The position numbers were made by a program, and so were the translations under genes. Below are positions 30,362 to 40,336 of a stretch of 63,938 nucleotides of DNA, in pieces (the stretch's first letter is position 1; each line of letters begins with the position of its first letter). Below the pieces are notes generated by a model. The model was given only the letters and a program-made list of their open reading frames with translations. It was not told the DNA's origin and did no database searches. The stretch is taken from the NCBI GenBank assembly GCA_017444525.1, contig JAFSWL010000019.1, forward strand, positions 1 through 63,938, read 5' to 3'. Origin of the DNA: Alphaproteobacteria bacterium (GTDB taxonomy: Bacteria > Pseudomonadota > Alphaproteobacteria > RF32 > CAG-239).

Positions 30362-30383
30362 TTGTTTTTGGGTAGAGGAAAAA

Positions 30384-30848
30384 ATGGTCGATTTTATTAC
30401 TGAATTTAACTATGATGAGTTGGTAGAAAAATCTTTACGTAACGTAATTTACTATGCACTTAAAGTGGTAGAAGAACAGGGCTTACCTGGAGAAAACCAC
30501 TTTTATATTACTTTTCACACGCATTTTCGCGGAGTCATCCTTTCCAAAAATCTCAAAATCCAATATCCAGACACCATGACTATTGTCTTGCAAAACCAAT
30601 TTGATAACTTAACAGTACGCCACAATAGCTTTTCCGTTGATTTAAGTTTCGGCGGGGTTCCGCAAACCATAACCATACCGTACGAGGCAATCACATATTT
30701 TGCAGATCCGTATGCTAAATTTGGTCTGAGTTTTGAACATGAAGATCTCGATGCTTTATCCGCATCTTCCGCCGAAATTAATGATTCACCGCGTCAAGCC
30801 GGAAACGCTGAGGTAATCTCCATTGATAATTGGCGCAAAAAATCATGA
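30384..30848 (+). CDS. sspB: ClpXP adaptor SspB (alphaproteobacterial type)
   Basis: GLPGENHFYITF, YPDTMTIVLQNQF, LSFGG, F.DPYAKFGL, VISIDNWRKK; follows ssrA. Confidence 0.92.
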   Translation: MVDFITEFNYDELVEKSLRNVIYYALKVVEEQGLPGENHFYITFHTHFRGVILSKNLKIQYPDTMTIVLQNQFDNLTVRHNSFSVDLSFGGVPQTITIPYEAITYFADPYAKFGLSFEHEDLDALSASSAEINDSPRQAGNAEVISIDNWRKKS

Positions 30849-31066
30849 TTAAAATATCGGTTTTAATTGCCGGCAGACACGCAACCAGCATAAGTTTAGA
30901 AGAAGAATTTTATGAAGAACTGCTGACTATTGCCGCTACAATGAAAATGAGTCGCAATCAACTCATTACTCTCATTGATCGTACCCGCAATTCCGACAAT
31001 CTTTCAAGTGCTGTCCGCCTGTTTGTTCTGCAATACTATAAAAACAAGTCAGCTCCGCCAAAATGA
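30845..31066 (+). CDS. Ribbon-helix-helix domain protein
   Basis: SVLIAGRHATSISLEEEF, NLSSAVRLFVL. Confidence 0.85.
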   Translation: MIKISVLIAGRHATSISLEEEFYEELLTIAATMKMSRNQLITLIDRTRNSDNLSSAVRLFVLQYYKNKSAPPK

Positions 31067-32485
31067 TTTGGTGCAAATCACCAAAATAGTAATAATTTCC
31101 AAACGTCCCAATAGCATGGCAAAGCATAAAATCGACTTTACAGAATCCGAGAAAAAGGCATAATTTCCGTTTGGTCCGATAATATCAATCGCGCCCACCC
31201 CAACATTTGTAATACAAGCCGTAACCGCAGCCAATGATGTACGCAAATTCAAACCGCTGGCACTAACCAAAACCGTTAAACCGAGCAGAGAAATCATAAA
31301 AGCAAAAACATACACAAAAACAGACATTGTTACTTTTTCCGGCATATTAATCGAACCTATTTTCAACAAAGTAACCCGATTCGGTTCGACTGCGGAAATT
31401 GTATATTTCCGCAAAAAAGCATATATCACCTGCCAGCGAAAAATTTTAACTGAACCGGTGGTAGACCCAGTGCAGCCTCCGGATAAAGACAGCAACAAAA
31501 TCACTGCCGGAACCCACTGTCCCCACGCGGTATAATCACATGCCGACAATCCGGTCGTGGTTACAACAGCTATGACCGTAAAAAAGCAATAGCGCAACGC
31601 ATACCACAATGAGTAATCAGAAGTAAAATACATATATCCGCTTAAGCTCAATCCCAAAACCAATACAGATTTCAAAAACACACTGACCTGATAATTGCGA
31701 TCGGGATGCATCCGCCGATAGAGTAAAATATAAAACGTCATCGGTAATGCACCAGTCAGCATAAAAAACATAACTGCAAATTCAATCGCCACACTGTCAA
31801 AGGCGGCGATTGAAGTGTTCTTAGTGGAAAATCCACCGGTTCCGATGGCCGACATAGCATGATTTACTGCATCGAAGACATTCATTCCGCATAAATATAG
31901 AACACCGGTGGCAATCACCGTCAATACTAAATACACAATCACAATTCGTTTAGCGATATAGCTAAATTTAGGCATAAATTTATCGTTTGAATCCGAATTT
32001 TCGTGTTGGAAAATCTGCATACCTCCTATGCCTAAAAACGGTAATAAAGCAACGGCAAAAATAACGATTCCCAAACCGCCTATATAATTGAGCAAAGAGC
32101 GCCATAAAAGCACTGATTTAGGCAATACCTCAACATCGTTCATTATGGTTGCACCTGTTCCGGTAATCCCTGAAGTTGCTTCAAAAATTGCGTCGACTGC
32201 GTTGTCCGCTCCTTCATGCAACAAAAACGGTATGGCAGAAAACAAACACACGGAAATCCAACATACTGCCGTAATCAAATAGCCTTGTTTTAATGTAATT
32301 CTTTCAATTTTTGCGTAATTTGCCAAGAAAAGTGAAAAACCGAAAAACACCGAGATCAAAGCCGCACTCAAAAACGGTGACCAATCGGTGGCTGTTTCAG
32401 CTATATCCAAACCGGCTGGAATCAACATCACCAAACCCAGAACACCCAAAACATATCCGCTTATCATTAAAACCGGCTGCCACAT
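31049..32485 (-). CDS. trkH: TrkH-family potassium uptake protein
   Basis: FEATSGITGTGAT, GGLGIVIF, TGGFST, GRLEI. Confidence 0.92.
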   Translation of the reverse strand: MWQPVLMISGYVLGVLGLVMLIPAGLDIAETATDWSPFLSAALISVFFGFSLFLANYAKIERITLKQGYLITAVCWISVCLFSAIPFLLHEGADNAVDAIFEATSGITGTGATIMNDVEVLPKSVLLWRSLLNYIGGLGIVIFAVALLPFLGIGGMQIFQHENSDSNDKFMPKFSYIAKRIVIVYLVLTVIATGVLYLCGMNVFDAVNHAMSAIGTGGFSTKNTSIAAFDSVAIEFAVMFFMLTGALPMTFYILLYRRMHPDRNYQVSVFLKSVLVLGLSLSGYMYFTSDYSLWYALRYCFFTVIAVVTTTGLSACDYTAWGQWVPAVILLLSLSGGCTGSTTGSVKIFRWQVIYAFLRKYTISAVEPNRVTLLKIGSINMPEKVTMSVFVYVFAFMISLLGLTVLVSASGLNLRTSLAAVTACITNVGVGAIDIIGPNGNYAFFSDSVKSILCFAMLLGRLEIITILVICTKSFWRS

Positions 32486-32497
32486 TTCTTTTTTGCC

Positions 32498-33484
32498 TTA
32501 TTTGAGTGCCACATTATTAGCAAAACCATGCTGCACCATTTCCCTATTTACAAAAGCACCTTTGATAAAGCAAAGAGCTGTTGCCGCCTCTGTTTGCGCA
32601 GTATAGGCCACAATCTCGCAGCGTAAATTTTTCTTTTCGGTAATTTGCTCTAAATATTTCTTTGCCGAGCGCACATCAAAATCCGTTGCATCGGTATAAA
32701 TTCCATACAAAAACATAAACACATCGCCCACGTACAAACTGTTCGGTCCCAAGATTTTTGCAGGTCCGAACAACACCTCCGGCGTTTCCAAATAAATCAA
32801 TCCTCTGTTTTCGGTAATCTCATAATAGTCCGTAATTTTGCCGCTGTAAAAATCTTCCTTTTGCGGAGCCCTGATTTTCTTTAATATTCGCGGACGCTCG
32901 ATTAAGGGCTTTACAGCGGAGCCTTTGTGTAATTCCGGAACCTTTACGGCTGTTTCCTCTTTCATGGATACAGCTTGTGTATCAATATGGGGTTCTTCCT
33001 TTGTCGAAACTGCCTCATTCTGTTTTTGCCATTTCGACCGGAAACCATTCCCAAACTTAAGCGATTTAGACAATGGTTTATATTTAATTTTTTTAAACTC
33101 CGGCACATTCCATGCCACAAATCTTTTCTTAATACATACCTCGTCTTCTTGTTGCTCGGAATCGGTATTTTCAGCATTCACCATTTCCGACACATTGCTT
33201 TTAATCTGCTCCAACCGCTCATAAATTTCAGCTGCGGCATCATCGGTTTTTTGAGAAATTTCCTTTATCGGAACCAATTTATTGTACCAATAAGAGATAT
33301 GATCAAAGCCTATACCATAATAGAAATGCGCAATTACCAAAAGCGCCAAAACGGCTACAATTACTGCTGCAATCTGCCAAAACTTACGTATCGGAAATGT
33401 AATAAACATAATTACACGATGCATCCAAGCTAAAAACCCACTCAAATGCAAATCGCTGTAACCGCCAATATTTCTTCGCGCCAT
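32498..33484 (-). CDS. Membrane-anchored protein with degenerate thermonuclease (SNase-like) C-terminal domain
   Basis: N-terminal TM; LYGIY, LRCEI, ALCF, VNREMVQHGFA. Confidence 0.55.
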   Translation of the reverse strand: MARRNIGGYSDLHLSGFLAWMHRVIMFITFPIRKFWQIAAVIVAVLALLVIAHFYYGIGFDHISYWYNKLVPIKEISQKTDDAAAEIYERLEQIKSNVSEMVNAENTDSEQQEDEVCIKKRFVAWNVPEFKKIKYKPLSKSLKFGNGFRSKWQKQNEAVSTKEEPHIDTQAVSMKEETAVKVPELHKGSAVKPLIERPRILKKIRAPQKEDFYSGKITDYYEITENRGLIYLETPEVLFGPAKILGPNSLYVGDVFMFLYGIYTDATDFDVRSAKKYLEQITEKKNLRCEIVAYTAQTEAATALCFIKGAFVNREMVQHGFANNVALK

Positions 33485-35179
33485 TTATTTTCCTCCGTAT
33501 TTTTCCTGCAGCTCTGCGGCTTTTTCCGGCGTAATCCGCTCAAACAGAGCTTCTCCTGTTTCAAACGGAGTTCCTGCTTTCAGTGCCGTCATTTGCTCGG
33601 CAACGTTAAAGTTTTTCAGTGTTGGCATATCTTCAGGTTTCAAATTGAATTTAGCCAGCATTTTAGCTGAAGTTTCCGGCATCAGCGGTGCACTCAAAAT
33701 TGCATAAATTCGTACCAAATTCAGGCACAAACGCAAAATTGTCGCCGCCCGTTTCTCATCTTCCTTAATCACTTGCCACGGCTCGGTTTTGGTAATGTAG
33801 TTATTGCCCTCAACCCAAATTGCGCGCAATTCCGCCACCGCTTTTCTGAACTCCAACGCGTCCATATATTTGAAATAATCATTGACACGCGCCTGCACGG
33901 CCGCAATCATTTCTTCATCTTCAGCCAACAATTCGCCGCCTTCCGGCACAAAGCTGCCGAGTTTGGAGGCCGTCATCTTCATCACGCGTTGTGCAAAATT
34001 GCCCAAAACTCCGTTCAGGTCCTTATTGATGGTACCGACAAAGCTCTCAAACGTAAATGAAGAATCCGATGCTTCTGGTGCATTTGCCATCAACCAATAG
34101 CGCCAATAATCGGCCGGAAACTCCGCCACCGCATCTTCGGCAAATACTCCTCGATGTTCCGATTTTGAAAACTTACCGCCCTCGAATGTCAGATAACTGA
34201 AGCCTTTAAGATAGTCCACCTTAGTCCAATTTTCACCGGTACCCAACAATGTTGCCGGAAACGTAATTGAATGATACGGCACATTATCTTTACCCATAAA
34301 CTCAACATAGCGCACATCTTTGGCATCAAGCCACCATTCTTTCCAATCGCGTTCGGTCGGTTTTTCATCTGCCCATTGCTTGGTAATGCCGATATAGCCG
34401 ATAGGCGCGTCAAACCACACATAAAACACCTTATTTTCAAAACCGGCTTTGTTTACCGGAAATCCCCATTTCAAATCGCGGGTAATACAGCGCGGCTGCA
34501 AACCTTCTTTCACCCATTTTTTAGCGATAGAATAAGCAACATCAGGCCAAAACGCTTCTTTTGTTTTCAGCCACTCTACCAGTTTTTCCTCAATCTTCGG
34601 CAGGTTTAAAAACAGATGCTTGGTTTCGCGCACTTCCAAGTTTGTACTTCCGGAAACGGTACTGCGCGGATTGATTAAATCAGTAGGTTCCAGAACTTTA
34701 GTACAATTTTCGCACTGATCGCCGCGCGCTTTTTCATAGCCGCAATGCGGACAAGTGCCGGTAATATATCTATCAGCCAAAAACATATTGTCATCAACCG
34801 AAAACACCTGTTTCATTGTTTTTTCGGCGATAAATCCGTTTTTATCGAGCTGTTCGAAAATGTGATAGGTCATCTCTTTATTCTGCTCGCTCGACGAGCG
34901 CCCGAAATAATCAAACGACAGATTAAAATCGGCATAAGTTTTGGCGTGGCGGGCATGATATTTATCGCAATATTCCTGCACCGGCATATTTTCTTTGAGT
35001 GCGCCGACTTCAGAAGCAGTACCATGCTCATCGTTGCCGCAAATGTATAAAACCTCGTTACCCATCATTCGCATATAGCGCGCATAAACATCGGACGGCA
35101 GCAAACAGCCGACCATGTGTCCCAAATGCGGAACGCCGTTAATATACGGTAATGCAGAGGTAATCAGAACTTTAGACAT
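33485..35179 (-). CDS. metG: Methionyl-tRNA synthetase
   Basis: ITSALPYINGVPHLGH, CPHC..CENC knuckle, YVWFDAPIGY, KFSKS. Confidence 0.97.
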   Translation of the reverse strand: MSKVLITSALPYINGVPHLGHMVGCLLPSDVYARYMRMMGNEVLYICGNDEHGTASEVGALKENMPVQEYCDKYHARHAKTYADFNLSFDYFGRSSSEQNKEMTYHIFEQLDKNGFIAEKTMKQVFSVDDNMFLADRYITGTCPHCGYEKARGDQCENCTKVLEPTDLINPRSTVSGSTNLEVRETKHLFLNLPKIEEKLVEWLKTKEAFWPDVAYSIAKKWVKEGLQPRCITRDLKWGFPVNKAGFENKVFYVWFDAPIGYIGITKQWADEKPTERDWKEWWLDAKDVRYVEFMGKDNVPYHSITFPATLLGTGENWTKVDYLKGFSYLTFEGGKFSKSEHRGVFAEDAVAEFPADYWRYWLMANAPEASDSSFTFESFVGTINKDLNGVLGNFAQRVMKMTASKLGSFVPEGGELLAEDEEMIAAVQARVNDYFKYMDALEFRKAVAELRAIWVEGNNYITKTEPWQVIKEDEKRAATILRLCLNLVRIYAILSAPLMPETSAKMLAKFNLKPEDMPTLKNFNVAEQMTALKAGTPFETGEALFERITPEKAAELQEKYGGK

Positions 35180-35301
35180 TTGCTTATAAACTCCCTTAAA
35201 ATTAATCCATACGCGGAGTTTACTTATATTTTCCCAAAATCGCAAGCAAAAAAAGCACTTATCGCGCGGGTTTTTATCGGTTTATTGTCGCGGTAACAAC
35301 A

Positions 35302-35336
35302 AAAAAAACGGCAGATTTTACTTCCGCCGTTTTTTA
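35302..35336 (-). terminator. Probable terminator
   Basis: AAAAAAACGGC...GCCGTTTTTTT inverted repeat downstream of the LRR gene. Confidence 0.55.
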
Positions 35337-35354
35337 CCGATAATATTTTACAAA

Positions 35355-36023
35355 TTAAAGATCTCTGCCCCCGACGATTTTTCCGAGGTCAAGTTTCTGT
35401 GAAGAATTCTTACGTTCAAGAGCCGAATTTTGTGCTTTGAAACGCGCGCTTTTTTTCACTTCGGCAAAAGAAAGCATACAGAGATCATTGTCGTCGCGAT
35501 CGGCATATTTACCGTCCTCAAAATATTGTTTGGCAACAGAGGCTTTACAAAAGACGGTATCCGCTTTAGATATACCGGCAAGAGACGTAACTCCCGTTTC
35601 TTCACAGAGGATTGCATATCCTACTTCAGGAATATGCTCCAAGGAGGTTAATTGCGGATTACGATCCAAATTCAGACTGTTCCCTACCTTGCGAAGACTA
35701 CCCTCAAGCGAAGTAAGTTTGTTGCGGGATAAATTGCAATTTCCGCCGACTTCCTCAGTCATACCTTCCAAAGAAGTCACTTCATTGCCAAAACCATTAA
35801 AATCACCGGTAACCTTTTTCGGCGCCCCGACAAACGATTTGAGATGACATCCCCGACAATCAAAATCTCCCTCAACAATAACTTTTGATAAGTCAGGAAG
35901 TTTCATATACATATTTCTCCCTAAATCCAAACCGCCTTTAATTACAAAACCTTCAGGCAAATTATATAAATCATATTCAATACCTTCCTGACTGATGGTT
36001 CTGCGATTGATTAACTCTGCCAT
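35355..36023 (-). CDS. Leucine-rich-repeat-like protein
   Basis: ~22-aa repeats TSLEG..VGG/VGN..N.L; start set at MAELINRR. Confidence 0.75.
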   Translation of the reverse strand: MAELINRRTISQEGIEYDLYNLPEGFVIKGGLDLGRNMYMKLPDLSKVIVEGDFDCRGCHLKSFVGAPKKVTGDFNGFGNEVTSLEGMTEEVGGNCNLSRNKLTSLEGSLRKVGNSLNLDRNPQLTSLEHIPEVGYAILCEETGVTSLAGISKADTVFCKASVAKQYFEDGKYADRDDNDLCMLSFAEVKKSARFKAQNSALERKNSSQKLDLGKIVGGRDL

Positions 36024-36105
36024 TGTTACTCCCCTTTCTTTATTATATGATAAACCCGATTGTAGCACAATTTCAGATTTTGTAAATTATATTTTTATAT
36101 CGTAA

Positions 36106-36777
36106 TCAAATACTTCTGATTGCCGCTTTAACTTCCGGCATAGTGGCGCATACCGCGGCGACTCCTGCCTCGAGGCATTTTTGCCGATATTCCGGCGTAT
36201 CGTTTCCTTCCGCACCGACAAAAGCAATACTTTTCATGCCGGCGGCCTTGGCGGCGGCAAAATCATTCAAACTGTCACCGATAACAATACAATCTTGCGG
36301 CACGAAACCTTTACTTTTTGCCGCCAATAAAAATAAATCCGGCGCCGGCTTGCCCTGCTTAACCATATCCACCGTAAAATAATCGCGCGGCGACATATAT
36401 TTTTCAACCCACTTAAACTGCGTCATTTTCCACGCGTGCTGTTCTTTAGTGGCTCCGGTGGCGATACAATGCGTAAATCTTTTGTCCACCATCACTGCCT
36501 CCACTCCAGCAATCGGTTGCATAAAATGTATTCCCTTATACACCTCGCCGGCGCTGATTTTTCGCATAAAATCGGCATCCAAAACCAAACCGGGAAAATA
36601 TCTTTCCAGTCGTTCTTTTCTTGATTTATCGGCAATCCCCACCAACAAGTTCAGCTTTTCATCGGTATTCAAAATAATGTTCTTTTCTTGTTGCAACGTT
36701 TCAACCCACACCGCAACCCATAATTTTTCGCTGTCGGCAATTACTCCGTCAAAATCCCATATCAGCAGTTTCTTCAT
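36106..36777 (-). CDS. HAD-family phosphatase
   Basis: WDFDGVIADSE, GKPAPDLF, IGDSLND. Confidence 0.92.
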   Translation of the reverse strand: MKKLLIWDFDGVIADSEKLWVAVWVETLQQEKNIILNTDEKLNLLVGIADKSRKERLERYFPGLVLDADFMRKISAGEVYKGIHFMQPIAGVEAVMVDKRFTHCIATGATKEQHAWKMTQFKWVEKYMSPRDYFTVDMVKQGKPAPDLFLLAAKSKGFVPQDCIVIGDSLNDFAAAKAAGMKSIAFVGAEGNDTPEYRQKCLEAGVAAVCATMPEVKAAIRSI

Positions 36778-36792
36778 CTTAATATCTCTATA

Positions 36793-37671
36793 TCAGCGCA
36801 CCAAGCTTTGCGCCAAATTGATAACCGCCTCGCTCACGTCGTCTGCCATATTGGCGAAATGCTCATTTGGCTGTAATTTATCTTCATCTGCATACAGTGC
36901 GCGGTTGATTTCCAGTTGCAGTGTGTAGATTTTTTTGCGTGGCTGACAATAATTAAAGGTAATAAACGCGCCGGAATACGGGCAATTAAATTCTACATTA
37001 TAATTCTTATTCCAAAACTGTCCGGCAAAAAAGTCGCTCATTTCCTGCGGACAACTTTGGCTGAACAACGTGCCGAGGCAAATATCTATTCCCGAACGGT
37101 CATCAATAATCGAACAGATTTTTGACGGCATCGAGTGACAATCCAACAACAGACAAAACCCGAATCTTTTCACACATTTGGCAATCATTTTTTGCAGCTG
37201 ATTATGATAAACGTCATACACATTTTTGAGGCGCTTTTCCACTTCATGATAGTCAAGCAATCCTTTATATAAAGGATTTCGCAAATAATCAATGCGATGC
37301 ACCACGCCCAAACCGACGCGACAATGTTTATCAAACATCACATTTTTTTCTTCCGGATAATTATAAAACATCGCCGGATCAAGCTCTAGACGGTCGCGAT
37401 TAAGGTCGATAAACACGCGCGTAACCAACATTTTTATAGCGGGAATCCCTGCATCAATTGCTCCTTGCAACAGCTTATCCACCAACAAATCTTCATTACG
37501 GCGCATAATCTCGACGCTGTCGTTAACCTGTTCCAAAAACTCCGGCGGGAAAAAGGTACCGCTATGGGGAATTGATAAAATCAGCGGAAAATCTACTTTT
37601 TCCGAATTGTAACATTCGTAGATTCTCATTTTGGAATAATCAACTTTGAAGTCGCACTTTTTATTTTCCAT
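36793..37671 (-). CDS. N-formylglutamate amidohydrolase family protein
   Basis: SIPHSG, IDLNR, LDCHSMPS, PYSGAFIT, LQLEINRALY. Confidence 0.9.
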   Translation of the reverse strand: MENKKCDFKVDYSKMRIYECYNSEKVDFPLILSIPHSGTFFPPEFLEQVNDSVEIMRRNEDLLVDKLLQGAIDAGIPAIKMLVTRVFIDLNRDRLELDPAMFYNYPEEKNVMFDKHCRVGLGVVHRIDYLRNPLYKGLLDYHEVEKRLKNVYDVYHNQLQKMIAKCVKRFGFCLLLDCHSMPSKICSIIDDRSGIDICLGTLFSQSCPQEMSDFFAGQFWNKNYNVEFNCPYSGAFITFNYCQPRKKIYTLQLEINRALYADEDKLQPNEHFANMADDVSEAVINLAQSLVR

Positions 37672-38296
37672 GCCGACCTTCCTTATTTTTATTGTTCGGC
37701 TGAGTATTTTGCCGTGCCGCACGTTTCCGTTTGGTGGATTTTTTCTCCACCGACCAGCCGAATTTACCGATTTTGCGTCCTATTCCGTAATAGAATCCAT
37801 GAGCATACGCCAACAATCCGGCCTTTTGCAAATCAAGTGCTTGCTTGCCGTTGATATAATTTTCATCAACATCGACCGCCATCACTTCAGCCAAAAACAT
37901 ATCGTGTGTTCCGAAAGAAGTAATTTCTTTAACCCTGCATTCCAGTGAAATCGGGGCTTCTGCCACTTGCGGCGCACTTATTTTTTTGCAAGGTGCGGCG
38001 GTAATCCTCGCCAGCTTAAACTTATCAATGCCGCGTCCGCTTTTAACTCCGCATAAATCGACCGCCTTTGCCAACTTGGTTGTCGGAATGTTTATGGCAA
38101 ATTCTCCGGTTTGGCGGATTAACTCATTACTGTATCGCGACGGGCGTATCGACACATATACAAGTGTCGGCTCGGTACATATAATCCCCGTCCAAGCTGC
38201 CGTCATTACATTCGGCTTCTCCATTGTTCCGCAAGAAATCAGTGCTGGCGGAACCGGTGCCAGCATTGTTCCAGGTTTCCAACAAACTTTTGTCAT
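37661..38296 (-). CDS. Flavin reductase family protein
   Basis: PVPPALISCG, NVMTAAWTG, CGVKSGR..DKF, GTHDMF. Confidence 0.9.
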   Translation of the reverse strand: MTKVCWKPGTMLAPVPPALISCGTMEKPNVMTAAWTGIICTEPTLVYVSIRPSRYSNELIRQTGEFAINIPTTKLAKAVDLCGVKSGRGIDKFKLARITAAPCKKISAPQVAEAPISLECRVKEITSFGTHDMFLAEVMAVDVDENYINGKQALDLQKAGLLAYAHGFYYGIGRKIGKFGWSVEKKSTKRKRAARQNTQPNNKNKEGRHGK

Positions 38297-38545
38297 ATAA
38301 AATCCAGTCCGACATATTACAACACTAAAGTAATATATAACTAAAATTTCAATTCGTCAAGCTCCGTTGGTAAATGCCGCCGGAGCTGACTTTTCAGGAA
38401 CAAAAATTATGAATGAAATTTTACAGACATTTATGATATAATCGTCATCTCAAAATAAAAAACCGCGATAATAGTTTAATAAATAACAAAATACTGTTGT
38501 CAAATCAGCCGTAAGTATCTATGATTAGCTCTAAGGGAGAAAAAA

Positions 38546-38791
38546 ATGAAACAAATTGATTTCTGTAAAATATCTTTTGAAGAAGCTCTGACGCAACTTG
38601 AAAACATTGTGCGCGAGCTTGAGGCCGGTAAAATCAAACTTGATGATGCCGTTGAGGCATATGAAACCGCCACCGCGCTCAAAAAATTCTGCGAAGAAAA
38701 GCTTAAAGCTGCCCAGCTCAAAATAGAAAAAATCAACATAACTCCGGACGGCATTGTTCAATCGGAACCTCTGGATAAAATAGAAGAATAA
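38546..38791 (+). CDS. xseB: Exodeoxyribonuclease VII small subunit
   Basis: SFEEALTQLENIVRELE; precedes ispA. Confidence 0.93.
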   Translation: MKQIDFCKISFEEALTQLENIVRELEAGKIKLDDAVEAYETATALKKFCEEKLKAAQLKIEKINITPDGIVQSEPLDKIEE

Positions 38792-38793
38792 AT

Positions 38794-39690
38794 ATGACTG
38801 ACATTATCGCAATTCTGAAATCGTTCTCGGCAAAGTTTAATATTGACTTAGAAAAATGCTTTCCACCGATTGACGGTGCCGAAAATCGCGTTATTGAGGC
38901 AATGCGTTATTCGGTTATGAACGGTGGCAAGCGTCTGCGCCCGTATTTGTTGTGCGAATGTGCGGCTTTGTTCCATGTTCCGTACGAAATTGCGTTTAAG
39001 GCCGCTGCTTCACTCGAAATGCTTCATTCTTATTCTTTGGTACACGATGATTTACCGGCAATGGATAATGATGATCTGCGTCGCGGTAAACCTACCTGTC
39101 ATAAACAATTTGACGAAGCTACCGCTATTTTGGCCGGCGACGGACTTTTGACCTATGCTTTTGAATATTTATCAAATGCATTAGAGATTCGTCCGGAAAT
39201 TCGTCTGACTCTACTGCAGCTTTTGTCATCTGCCGCCGGAGCATTCGGTGGTATGGTAAGCGGACAAACACTTGATATTTATGCCACTCCGAGTACCGAT
39301 AGTACACACGATAAGGCGATTATCTCGCGTTTGGAAGAGATGAAAACCGGACGATTGCTGCGCTATGCTTGCGAGGCCGGTGCGATTTTGGGACAAGCTC
39401 CGCTGCCGCTGCGTCAAATTTTGATATCATATTCCCGCAAAATCGGACAAGCATTTCAAATCGCCGATGATATTCTCGATCGCGAAGGTGACCAACAACT
39501 TGTCGGCAAAACCCTGCACAAAGATGATAAACAAAACAAATTCACGTTTGTATCCTATTACGGTATAGAACCGGCCCGACAAAAAGCCAAAGAACTTATA
39601 ACTGAGGCCATTCAAGAAATTGCCGTTTTCGGTGCAAAAGCTCATAATCTGAAAGCATTGGCACAATATATAATTGAGCGAAAATATTGA
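38794..39690 (+). CDS. ispA: Farnesyl diphosphate synthase
   Basis: GGKRLRP, HDDLPAMDNDDLRRGKPT, FQIADDILD. Confidence 0.93.
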   Translation: MTDIIAILKSFSAKFNIDLEKCFPPIDGAENRVIEAMRYSVMNGGKRLRPYLLCECAALFHVPYEIAFKAAASLEMLHSYSLVHDDLPAMDNDDLRRGKPTCHKQFDEATAILAGDGLLTYAFEYLSNALEIRPEIRLTLLQLLSSAAGAFGGMVSGQTLDIYATPSTDSTHDKAIISRLEEMKTGRLLRYACEAGAILGQAPLPLRQILISYSRKIGQAFQIADDILDREGDQQLVGKTLHKDDKQNKFTFVSYYGIEPARQKAKELITEAIQEIAVFGAKAHNLKALAQYIIERKY

Positions 39691-39701
39691 TACAAAATCT
39701 G

Positions 39702-39730
39702 TTGCAAGTCGCCTGAAAATATGGTATACT
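39702..39730 (+). promoter_or_regulatory. Sigma70-like promoter
   Basis: TTGCAA-17 nt-TATACT. Confidence 0.55.
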
Positions 39731-39761
39731 TATGATATACAGTATAATTATGGAGGTTGCG

Positions 39762-40196
39762 ATGACAGAAAAGAAAGATTCAGAAGGATTGAAATTCTTA
39801 TTCCGACTTGATCTGGCTGGTGCGGATCAGGATAAACTTTTGGAGCTTGCTCGCGCTTCAATTGAAGAATCGAAAACTCATCGTACTTTCAGTGAGCGTA
39901 AAGAACTTATTACCAATCCTGACAGTTTGAAGGTTAATGCCGCGCGCGCCCACATAAAAGCCATGGTCAGTACTGATTTATCAACTAACAATAAACTTTA
40001 TATGATCATGGAACGCTATGTCGAGATTGATGAAAAAAAGCATCCGACAACACCGCGTCACAAAGCTCTCGATAAGTTTTTCAATGATTTTGCAAAAAAA
40101 TATCCCACCGAATATGGTGCTGCTAAAGTTGAACACAAAAACACCAATCAACCGATTGGTTTGGCGCTTCACGCACGCGGCAACAGTATTATATAA
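39762..40196 (+). CDS. Hypothetical protein (orphan)
   Basis: GGAGG RBS before MTEKK; own promoter; hairpin CGCCATTG/CAATGGCG downstream. Confidence 0.7.
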   Translation: MTEKKDSEGLKFLFRLDLAGADQDKLLELARASIEESKTHRTFSERKELITNPDSLKVNAARAHIKAMVSTDLSTNNKLYMIMERYVEIDEKKHPTTPRHKALDKFFNDFAKKYPTEYGAAKVEHKNTNQPIGLALHARGNSII

Positions 40197-40336
40197 AAAC
40201 AAAATTTTCAGACTTTTCTCCTTGCGCCATTGTTTTTTACAATGGCGTTTTTGTTTGCGGCAAAAAATAAAAATTGCTTGCTATTTGTATAAAATACGGT
40301 ATTGTAATTCGCGTAATCATAAAAACGGAGAATAAC

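Noticed and set aside
30327-30383. N-terminal extension of SspB in the ORF track
   Set aside because: Overlaps the tmRNA; the GAGG RBS supports the ATG at 30384.
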